Assembly: GCA_963668025.2 (NCBI GenBank)
Contig: CAXXTH010000017.1
Coordinates: forward strand, 1,280,001 to 1,344,000
Direction of reading: 5' to 3'
DNA: 64,000 bases
Source of the DNA: Candidatus Hydrogenedentota bacterium
Lineage (GTDB): Bacteria; Hydrogenedentota; Hydrogenedentia; Hydrogenedentales; SLHB01
The position numbers and the translations under genes are program-made. Of the stretch, positions 18,229-26,687 are shown in pieces. The notes beneath the pieces were generated by a model. It ran no database searches and was not told the origin of the DNA. It was given only the letters and a program-made list of their open reading frames with translations. Numbering within the stretch: position 1 is the first letter of the stretch; each line of letters opens with the position of its first letter.

Positions 18229-20374
18229 AAACGCATACGCTGGCCGTATTGGCGCTGGCGTGCATGGCTGGTGCGTTCCCGGCATCCGCACTTTCAGGAA
18301 CGGTGCAAGGAGAGGATGGCGCGGAGGTTCCTTTCGCCTTCATCGGCTTGCTCTCGAAAGATTTCGCCCTTGACGCCCAAGCCGCTTCGGGCGCGGACGG
18401 GCAATTCCGCCTGGACGGCTCCGGCGGCTATCTCGTGGTGCAGCCCCCCGCCGCCGCCACGCCGGAAGGCATCGACGTATACGCCTATCAACCGCGCATG
18501 TACCAGCTCGATGGCGCGCCGGACACGGCGAACATTCAGCTCCCCGCCGCCGCGTGCCTGGTGATTCGCGCGTATGGGCCTGATGGCGCACTGCTGCGCT
18601 GGGAGGATTTCCAAAAACGCGGCGAATTCGGCGGCGTTTTCCTCTACGCCACGAACCTCAATGACGAAGCCGCCGAAGCCGTGTGCTGGCCCTGCCATGA
18701 TGCCGTTTCAAAAAAGGCCGGTTCGCCCCGCGAGAAAGGACTGCCCGCCCTCGTGGTGCGGCCCGGCGCGTCCTATGCCGTGCAGCCGCTTTTCTGGGAA
18801 GCCCCCGGCTACGGCAAAGTCCTCTTGCGCGCGGACAATGCCGGGCAAGGTTTCAAGCCAGGAAAAGCGGGCGAGGCCGTGTTCATCGACTTGAATCTCG
18901 AACTGGCCCGTACGGCAGTATATGCGCTCGAACGCCGCGCCAGCGCCTTCCCCGCATTGCGGTCGCTGGATATCGCCCTCGCGAATTACGAAATCGAGCA
19001 GGCCGCCGCACTGTCCGAGCCTGCCGCGCGCGCCGCAGCCGCCGACCGCGTCCTCGCCAAAGCGCTCGAGTTGCGCGATACCCTTGAACTGGAGCGGGCG
19101 CGCACCGCGATTCCTAAATTGCGCCAGGGGAGCATCGAGGTGCGCGTCGTGGACGCCAAAGGACAGCCCGTGTCCGGATGCACGGTGAAGATCGAACAGC
19201 AGACGCACGCCTTCCAGTTCGGCGTATTCGAGGGCGGACCGTATAACGCCCAGCCCTTTAAAACGGCCCGCGAAGCGGGCTTCAATCTGGCGACGACCCT
19301 CCCGGGCTGGGGATGGACCGATGCGCACAGCAAGACCCAATGGGACGCCCTCGACAAGACGCTGGGCCTCTCGGCGTTGCGCGCCCAGGGCTATACAGTG
19401 AAGGCCCACGGCGTGGTGTGGATGCAGGACTACGGCATTCTACCCAAAAAGGCCAAGGGAATGGCGAAGGCGGACCTGGCCGCCGCCGCGCTCGAGCACC
19501 AGCGCGGCATGCTCGATGCCTGGGCGGACTGCATCGGCTTGTGGGAGGCGGTGAACGAACCGGCCACGACCAACAACGCGGGTCTGTCCCGTGACGACAT
19601 GCTGGGCCTGCTGCGCGGCGCGGCGGACGCCATCAAGTCCCACGAGGGCCTGGCGTCCTTGGTGAACAGCCCCCATGAATCCGATTATGGCCGGAAATAC
19701 CTCTTCTTCGGCCTCGACAACCAACCGGTGAACAATTACCCCGAGACGTACTCCGTCTTTCTGAATCAGGCCCGCGCGGCGGGTGCGCTGGACAAGGTGG
19801 ATATCATCGGCCTCCAGTTCTACCCCGGCTACCGCTTCGCGGAGTACCTGGGCGGCTACCAAGGGCCGGGACATTGCCCCGGCTGGCTGGCGGATACGCT
19901 CGAACGGTATAACGCCTTCGGCAAGCCCATCCACATCACCGAGTTCTCCGCGCCATCGAGTTATGGCCCGGATTGGCATGCGGGCTATTGGCATGAGAAG
20001 TCCAGCCCGAAGACCCAGGCCGATTGGGGTCGAGGCGGTGTTCACGCTGGCCTTTGGCACGGAGGGCGTCGAGTCGGTCACCTACTGGGACATCACCGAC
20101 AAGAACCCGTCCGTACTGACCGGCGGCCTCCTCGACGCCAGCGGACAGCCCAAGCCCGCCTTTGACCGGGCGCGCGCCCTGCTCGATAGCTGGACGACCC
20201 ACGCCACCGCCATCACCGGCGAGGACGGCATAGCCCACGTGGACGCCTTCGCGGGAACCTATGCCGTGGAAGCCGCCACGCCGAAGGGCGAAAACAGGCA
20301 GCGCCACTATCGAGGTGAAGGCGCACGAAGCGGTGTCTTGTGAGGTCCGCTTGAAAGGGGAGGGCGCGCGATGA
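18225..20374 (+). CDS. Secreted GH10-like glycoside hydrolase, split by two +1 homopolymer frameshifts
   Basis: Signal peptide, KAHGVVW, WEAVNEP and PIHITEF. Removing one G at 20026-20029 and one A at 20291-20294 gives 716 codons, ending in an ATGA overlap with the next gene. Confidence 0.75.
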
Positions 20375-21535
20375 ATCCGGTCCGGGTGTTGTATCTGATT
20401 CGTACGTGGGCCCTCGGCGGGTCGCACACCATCATGTATTTGCTGCTCGAACACCTGCCCAAGGACCGCTTCGAGATCATTGTCGTGCCGTATGACTCCC
20501 ATTCCGGGGGCGACGAGGCCTTCATCGCCGGATGCGAGAAACGGGGCATCCCCGTGGCCCCCGAGCGCATCCCCTGGAAGTCGCGCTTCGCGTGGAACCA
20601 GGCCCGGCAGGCCGTGTCCGATTTGGTCGCGAAATACCACATCGACCTCATCCACACCCACGACCCCCATTCGGACGTGCTCATCGGCATCGGCCGCAAA
20701 CGCTGGCCCTGCGCCTGCGTGGCCAGCCCCTATGGCTGGTGGGAACGCCTCTTCCCCCTGCGGAGCCACGTCCATGTGATGCTCGAAAAATACTGGGCGC
20801 TGCCGCAATTCGAGCGTCTCATCACCGTCTCCGAGAACATGAAATCGAAGATCCTCGAGGGCTTCGCGGACGCCGAACGCATCCGCGTCGTCCACACGGG
20901 CCTCGACCTCGCGTTTCTCGACAAAGGCGCAGCACGCGAGGCCGTACGCGCCGAACTCGCCATCCCCGCCGAGGCATGCGTCGTGGGCACCGTGAGCCGC
21001 ATCTACATCGAGAAAGGCCACACCTACCTCCTCCAAGCCGCCGCCCAACTCGCTACTGCCCACCCGGACCTCCACGTCCTCATCGTGGGTGACGGCCCCC
21101 CTGCGCCCCGCCCTCGAAGCCGAGGCCGCCCAACGAGGCCTCGTGGGACGCGCCCATTTCACCGGCTTCTACCATGATCTCCCCGGCGCACTGCGCGCCA
21201 TGGATATCTTCGCCTTGCCCTCGATTCTCGACGAAGGCTTCCCCACGGCCGTGCTCGAGGCCCAAGCAGCGGGCCTGCCCGTGGTGGCGTCGAACGTCGG
21301 CGGCACCAGCGAGACCATGGACGTGGGCCGGACAGGCCTGCTCGTGCCGAAGAAAAACGCGACGGCCCTAGCGGACGCCTTAGGCGGCCTGGCGTCCGAC
21401 GCCGCGAAACGCCAAGAAATGGGCGAAGCAGCCCGCCAATGGATCGCCCGTTCCTTCTCCCTCGAAGACATGATCGCCCGCGTGAGCCAGACCTACGAAG
21501 AAGCGCTGGCATGCTACGCGCGGAGGAGCGAATGA
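20371..21535 (+). CDS. GT4 glycosyltransferase, split by a +1 frameshift in a C6 run
   Basis: EKGH, IVGDGP|LRPALE and DIFALPS..EGFPTAVLEA. Removing one C at 21096-21101 gives 388 codons. Confidence 0.85.
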
Positions 21536-21537
21536 TT

Positions 21538-21567
21538 TTCAACACAAAGACACGAAGACACAAGGAG
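21538..21567 (+). repeat. Triple-subrepeat arm, forward
   Basis: TTCAACACAAAGACACGAAGACACAAGGAG, 2 bp after the GT stop codon. Confidence 0.8.
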
Positions 21568-21632
21568 GCTCGGGGGAGTTCGATTGCTAGACCGGGATAA
21601 GTAGATCATCTAATAAAAGGAAAGCAAGTGTG

Positions 21633-22430
21633 ATGAACAAACCGTCAAAATCAAAAGCACTGGAGCGTTTACGCAAAGCATTGGAGCCCATTCCAAATTT
21701 TCAGAGGGTAAATCCTGGTTCTGCTGAGTTGAAAGAGTGGCAACGGAATACTAGGATCGCCATCAAGAAGGTGTTTATTGATGATGAGCATGTAAAGGAA
21801 TTTGATAGAATCCAATTTGATGCTTGGAGCAAAGAGCGAGCCATAAACCGAGAAGATATCTACCAAAGCGGCCTCATCTCTGCGTTATCCATGCTCCGAT
21901 CAATGATTCATGAGGTTGAAGATGATTGGCCCGACGAAGAGGACGAGACCGGAGCTTCGTCGCTTTGCAATACTGCCCCTAAGATAATAGATCAAGTCTT
22001 CATAATCCATGGACGAGATAACGAAGTCAAAGAGACCGTGGCGCGTTTCATCGAAAAACTCGGTCTAAAACCTGTTATTCTACATGAACAGCCCAGCCAA
22101 GGTCGTACTCTCATGGAAAAATTCGAGCAGCACGCCGAGGTCGGATATGCCATAGCCCTGTTGACTTCTGACGATGTAGGCGCGCTTCGAGGAGACGAGC
22201 AAAACTCTAAGCCTCGTGCAAGGCAAAATGTGATCTTTGAATTAGGGTACTTCATGGGACGCTTTGGCCGTGCTCGGGTTTGTGCATTAACGAAGGGTGA
22301 TCTGGAACTACCATCAGACTACGCAAATACCGTCTACGTTCCTTTTAATTCATCGGGAGGCTGGAAATTTGATCTCGTGAAAGATCTGAGGGCTGCTGGC
22401 TTCGAAATAGATGCAAACCTCGTGTTCTAG
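21633..22430 (+). CDS. TIR-like nucleotide-binding domain protein (Cap12/PycTIR-type TIR)
   Basis: VFIIHGRD, LHEQPSQGRTLMEKFE, LTSDD, RARQNVIFELGYF and ELPSD; AT-richer than the flanks. Confidence 0.9.
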   Translation: MNKPSKSKALERLRKALEPIPNFQRVNPGSAELKEWQRNTRIAIKKVFIDDEHVKEFDRIQFDAWSKERAINREDIYQSGLISALSMLRSMIHEVEDDWPDEEDETGASSLCNTAPKIIDQVFIIHGRDNEVKETVARFIEKLGLKPVILHEQPSQGRTLMEKFEQHAEVGYAIALLTSDDVGALRGDEQNSKPRARQNVIFELGYFMGRFGRARVCALTKGDLELPSDYANTVYVPFNSSGGWKFDLVKDLRAAGFEIDANLVF

Positions 22431-22515
22431 GAAATGGCTGCTAAGTAGTATCGAGCAACCATTTAGCGCCAAGAAAACTTAACAAAACACAGGATAGCCA
22501 AACAATCACTTATAA

Positions 22516-22586
22516 TTCGTTGTGTCTTCGTGTCTTAGTGGTGAATCTTCCGGATCTTCACCACCAAGACACGAAGGCACAAGGAT
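22516..22586. repeat. Back-to-back pair of triple-subrepeat arms around a TCCGGA core
   Basis: TTCGTTGTGTCTTCGTGTCTTAGTGGTGAA-tcttccggatc-TTCACCACCAAGACACGAAGGCACAAGGAT. Confidence 0.9.
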
Positions 22587-22607
22587 GCTCTCAAGGACTG
22601 GAGGTGT

Positions 22608-23174
22608 GTGATGGCCGATCAAGAGTCGAATGCCGATGCCGCTATCCCGGTGGATGTGTTGCGTGTAGCGTTGAGGGGCCAATACCACGCCGCCTTGGTG
22701 ATGTTGCAGCAGGCGGTCGAGCGGTGCCCCGAAGACCTGTGGAACAGCAGCGCCCACCCCAACCGGTTCTGGCACGTCGCCTACCACGCCCTGTTCTTTA
22801 CGCACCTCTACTTACAGCCCAATGACGCGGCGTTCCAAGCGTGGGAGTACCACCGTGAGGAATACCAGTTCCTGGGTAGGTTGCCCTGGCCGCCCCATGA
22901 CGCGCCCAAGATCGGCGAATCCTACGCCAAGGCGGAGGTGTTGGCGTATGGCCGATATTGCGCCGCCATGGTGAACGACGCCGTCGACCACCTGGACCTC
23001 TCCGCGCCGGACTGCGGTTTCTGGTGGTACCAGATGCCCAAGCTGGCCCACCAGATGGTGAACATCCGACACCTCCAACACCACGCGGGCCAACTGGCCG
23101 ACCGCCTCCGCGCCGCCGCCCACGTGGGGATCGATTGGATTGGCGCTGGCGATAAGGAAAAGCCAGGGGAATGA
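22608..23174 (+). CDS. DinB/YfiT family protein
   Basis: CPEDLW, FWHVAYHALF and NIRHLQHHAGQL metal-binding His pattern. Confidence 0.85.
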   Translation: MMADQESNADAAIPVDVLRVALRGQYHAALVMLQQAVERCPEDLWNSSAHPNRFWHVAYHALFFTHLYLQPNDAAFQAWEYHREEYQFLGRLPWPPHDAPKIGESYAKAEVLAYGRYCAAMVNDAVDHLDLSAPDCGFWWYQMPKLAHQMVNIRHLQHHAGQLADRLRAAAHVGIDWIGAGDKEKPGE

Positions 23175-23197
23175 CACGACGGGCATTTGCCGGATCT

Positions 23198-23345
23198 TTC
23201 ACCACCAAGGCACAAAGACACAAGGAGGTTGGCATGGATTGTATGCCTGCTATAGCTAAAGAATGCATCTGCTAATGACATATCCAAATAAAAACAGGCC
23301 AATAATTACTTATAACTCCTTGTGCCTTAGTGTCTTGGTGGTGGA
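23198..23345. repeat. 148-bp empty unit bounded by inverted triple-subrepeat arms
   Basis: Forward TTCACCACCAAGGCACAAAGACACAAGGAG (23198-23227, preceded by GCCGGATCT) and reverse CTCCTTGTGCCTTAGTGTCTTGGTGGTGGA (23316-23345). Confidence 0.85.
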
Positions 23346-23410
23346 AAATCCAGATGATTTGCCACTTCGTTATAGCATGTTTGAGGAAAGAAAAAACATT
23401 GGTACCGATT

Positions 23411-23486
23411 TCTCTGTGGTCCTCCGTGGCCTCTGTGGTGAAAATTCCGGATTCTGCACCACAGAGGCCACGGAGGATCACAGAGA
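23411..23486. repeat. Back-to-back pair of variant arms around a TCCGGA core
   Basis: TCTCTGTGGTCCTCCGTGGCCTCTGTGGTG-aaaattccggattctg-CACCACAGAGGCCACGGAGGATCACAGAGA; arms 29/30 complementary. Confidence 0.9.
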
Positions 23487-23605
23487 GAGCTTCAGCAAGG
23501 CAAGTTGGGCCGAAAATCACCAATAAATGCTCATGAAGAGGCTAGAAATCATATCCTAACCAGCGTATCGAATGGACGCATCTACGAACCGAGATAGGGT
23601 AGTAT

Positions 23606-24208
23606 ATGAAAGAAACGCACGGCGTCTATATCCGCGAGGCATACAAGGACTACACGCCGCCGTTTGACGCGGTGAAGGTGGTGGACCGGCTCCTGAACGG
23701 CATCCCGAAGAAGTATCTTGCGGGGCTTCACACCGTCGTCATCACGAACATGGGGCATATGTCCCGCGAGGAACGCCGGCGGAAGACAAAATCCCGAAAA
23801 CGTAAAGTCATCTTAAGCCAGCGTGGCGGGTCCTATTGTGAACAGTGGAAAGGGGAACCGGCTCATATCCAACTCATACTGGATAACATCATCGGACGAC
23901 GCCCAAAATGGTTGCTGCGTTTTCCTTATGTCCAAGATACTGCCCTTGCTACCGTGTTGTTCCATGAGATCGGCCATCATATTCACAAGACGCAAGCGCC
24001 GGAGAGCAGGGAACGGGAGAATGTCGCCGAAGATTGGTGCACGAAGCTGCTGGGTCTCTATATAGACAAACAGTACGGGTATCTACAGAAACCCATGAAC
24101 GCTGTGTTCTGGACAGCCATAAAGCCTATAATTTGGTTTCTAGAGAGACTAGTGAGAACCAGTAAACGTTCCCGTCACCATTCCCAGCGCCGCACACACG
24201 CGGGATAA
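23606..24208 (+). CDS. Hypothetical basic protein with HEXXH (zincin-like)
   Basis: TVLFHEIGHH followed by ERENVAEDW as a candidate third ligand. Confidence 0.7.
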   Translation: MKETHGVYIREAYKDYTPPFDAVKVVDRLLNGIPKKYLAGLHTVVITNMGHMSREERRRKTKSRKRKVILSQRGGSYCEQWKGEPAHIQLILDNIIGRRPKWLLRFPYVQDTALATVLFHEIGHHIHKTQAPESRERENVAEDWCTKLLGLYIDKQYGYLQKPMNAVFWTAIKPIIWFLERLVRTSKRSRHHSQRRTHAG

Positions 24209-24250
24209 CGAGATTCTAGAACACGGAATAAAACAAAGGAGTTCAATGAG

Positions 24251-25033
24251 ATGAAGACCATTTTACTGATGGCCATTATGATGCTCGCCGCCGTGTCTCA
24301 TGCGGAGGACATGCAGAAATACCTGCACGACACGCGCGAGATGGTGAAACAGAAAAAATACGAGGAAGCCCTCAATCGCTGTATTTGGTTTCACGAGCAC
24401 GCACTCGAACATGATCCAGGGATGTACGGAGTCCGCTTGTCGTTTGCGCTGTCGGACTGGAAAGAACTGGGAGATGTCTATCCCCCCGCCAAAACGGCCC
24501 TCATTGAAACGCGTGATCGCAAGACAAAACTGATAGAGGAAGACAAGGGTAGCTTCTACTTTTTTGCCGATGTGGTTGCTCTGAATAGAATCCTTGGTGA
24601 GGCTCAGAAGACCGTTGCGCTCTTTGAACTCGTGGACCGTACGCAGCCCGAGTCAGCGAAGGAGTATTGGAACGTGGCGGAGGACGCAGTGATCTCCGCT
24701 AAGCGCTATGACCTCGTCCGCAAGTATATTGGAAATCCCGTGCGCGAGTTTCTGGAAGTCAAGGCTAGGTATGATGAGGAGAAAGCGTCGTACGATGACC
24801 CACGGATGGGAGGAGAGCACTTCAAGGCATGGAACGAAGACCATTTTGTCGAAGAGAGCGTCAAGCTGATCGGGGTCGCTCTTGCGCTGGACGATAAGAA
24901 GGCCGCCCAGGAGATCCAGCAACAGGCATTGGCCATACTCGATGATTATCGCCTCCGTGACGCCATCCCTAAAGAACAAGCTGAAACAGCGCCACCCAGC
25001 ACAGAAGGCGGCGGGCAGAAAACCACGCCTTAA
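24251..25033 (+). CDS. Hypothetical secreted alpha-helical protein
   Basis: AAGGAG RBS, signal peptide ending in SHA, 260 aa. Confidence 0.8.
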   Translation: MKTILLMAIMMLAAVSHAEDMQKYLHDTREMVKQKKYEEALNRCIWFHEHALEHDPGMYGVRLSFALSDWKELGDVYPPAKTALIETRDRKTKLIEEDKGSFYFFADVVALNRILGEAQKTVALFELVDRTQPESAKEYWNVAEDAVISAKRYDLVRKYIGNPVREFLEVKARYDEEKASYDDPRMGGEHFKAWNEDHFVEESVKLIGVALALDDKKAAQEIQQQALAILDDYRLRDAIPKEQAETAPPSTEGGGQKTTP

Positions 25034-25057
25034 TCGCCCCATGAGGTTTAGCAATCA

Positions 25058-25179
25058 CTCACGCGAAGGCGCGAAGACGCGAAGATGCGCGCAAGGATGC
25101 CGTTATAGAGCGCAACTCATAAGGGGCGCAAGCAAACAATCCCGTATAACTCCTTGTGTCTTAGTGCCTTGGTGGTGAA
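25058..25179. repeat. Variant forward arm (25058-25084) and reverse arm (25150-25179)
   Basis: CTCACGCGAAGGCGCGAAGACGCGAAG, then CTCCTTGTGTCTTAGTGCCTTGGTGGTGAA followed by TAATCCGG, 14 bp before the GT start. Confidence 0.85.
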
Positions 25180-25193
25180 TAATCCGGTTCATC

Positions 25194-26303
25194 ATGACGA
25201 AACAACGCCCACGCATCGCGATTGACGCCCACGCCTTGGGCACCCAGGCGGGGGGCAACGAGACGTTCGTGCGCCAATTGCTCGAAGGCCTCCGAGCCGT
25301 GTCGCCCGATACGGACATCGTGGCGCTGGTCCATACCGGCGCGCCCGAGGGCCTTACGTCGGGTTTTCCGGCATACCCCATGCAGTCCCGCTCGTCGTGG
25401 CTGCGGGTGCCTTTCGGGCTGCCCGCCGCCGTCCGGGCCACCCATGCGGACCTGCTCCATGTGCAATACATCGCCCCGCCGGTTTGCCCCGTCCCTTTCG
25501 TGGTCACGCTGCACGACATGGTATGGAAGCGGTTCCCCGAGACGCTCCGCACGGTGGACCGGATGCGCCTGGCGGCGCTCGTGCCGGGCACGCTACGCCG
25601 GGCGGCGCGCGTGTTCGTGGTGAGCGAGGCGATGAAGCGGGAAGCCATGGCGTTCTACGGCGTTCCCGAGTCCAAGATCGACGTGGTCTACAACTCCGTG
25701 GACCCCTTGTACCGCCCGGTGGCGGACCCCGAGCGCCTGGCGGCTGTGCGGGCGCGATACGGCCTGCCGGAACGCTATGTGGCTTACATGGGCCAGCTCC
25801 AGCCGCGCAAGAACGTCCTCCGCCTTGCCGAGGCCTTCGCCCGCTTGCAGGGCGAAGCGCCCCATGCGCTGGTGTTCATCGGCAAACAAAGCTGGCGCTA
25901 CCGGGAGATCGGCGAAGGCCTCGAACGGCTCCATCTCGGCGAACGCCTCCGCTTCACGGGATACGTGGAACAAGAAGACCTGCCCGCCCTGCTCTCCGCA
26001 GCGGATGTCTTTGCCTATCTATCACTCTACGAAGGCTTTGGCCTTCCTGTAGCGGAGGCCATGGCTTGTGGGACGCCCGTCCTCACCTCGACGGACCCGG
26101 CGTTAAGTGAAGTGGCGGGGGGCGCCGCTCTCACGTGCGACCCCATGAGCGTGGACGACATTGAAGCGGCCTTGCGCCGCTTGCTGCTGGATGAAGGGCT
26201 TCGTAAAACGCTGGCCTTGGCTGGCCCTGAACGGGCAAAATGTTTCGCACGCGAATCCATGGCCCGGGCCGCTCTCGCCGGGTATGAAAACGCCCTCGCC
26301 TGA
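25194..26303 (+). CDS. GT4 glycosyltransferase (MtfB/WbdB-like)
   Basis: VVTLHD, QPRKN, FTGYV, SLYEGFGLPVAEAMACGTPV. Confidence 0.92.
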   Translation: MTKQRPRIAIDAHALGTQAGGNETFVRQLLEGLRAVSPDTDIVALVHTGAPEGLTSGFPAYPMQSRSSWLRVPFGLPAAVRATHADLLHVQYIAPPVCPVPFVVTLHDMVWKRFPETLRTVDRMRLAALVPGTLRRAARVFVVSEAMKREAMAFYGVPESKIDVVYNSVDPLYRPVADPERLAAVRARYGLPERYVAYMGQLQPRKNVLRLAEAFARLQGEAPHALVFIGKQSWRYREIGEGLERLHLGERLRFTGYVEQEDLPALLSAADVFAYLSLYEGFGLPVAEAMACGTPVLTSTDPALSEVAGGAALTCDPMSVDDIEAALRRLLLDEGLRKTLALAGPERAKCFARESMARAALAGYENALA

Positions 26304-26687
26304 TATCGCACATATGCCACTTCTAATACTTCCTCGATCTGTTGAATATACAATATATTGTGGTTGGGTAATGTTTATAGGTTATAGCAACATCTTAGCC
26401 CGGGTTTTTGGTTATTTAGTGTTATTATTTATTGTATTTCGGGTATAGCGAAGCATAAAATATAGAATACATCGGTATTATTATATGGGTATTCGGCGAA
26501 GTGGCGACAATTCTGTGAAATACTAGACACAAACACTGGCCATTTACGGTGAAAAACGGTTCCCTGCGCACCCATTCAGAGGTATGGATAACGTCAGTCA
26601 CCACAATATTTTGTTGCATTCATTATTGACACCTGATAGAATATGCGCAGGATAAGTAGTGAGAACCAGGTAGAGTGTTGGTAAGCG

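Noticed and set aside
22506-23536. Short ORFs reading through the arms (HHQDTKAQG, TTEATEDHRE peptides)
   Set aside because: The peptide repeats are translations of the DNA repeats, with no independent coding evidence.
23555-23580. CCTAACCAGCGTATCGAATGGACGC resembles the left half of an attC site
   Set aside because: No complementary right half was found; at most a remnant.
21536-25190. CRISPR array or classical integron as the explanation for the arms
   Set aside because: Arms alternate in orientation, spacing is irregular and gene-sized, there is no cas or intI, and there are no paired RYYYAAC/GTTRRRY boxes.
26304-26687. AT-rich gap before ftsK as a dif site or origin
   Set aside because: No XerC/XerD dif consensus or DnaA-box cluster was recognised.
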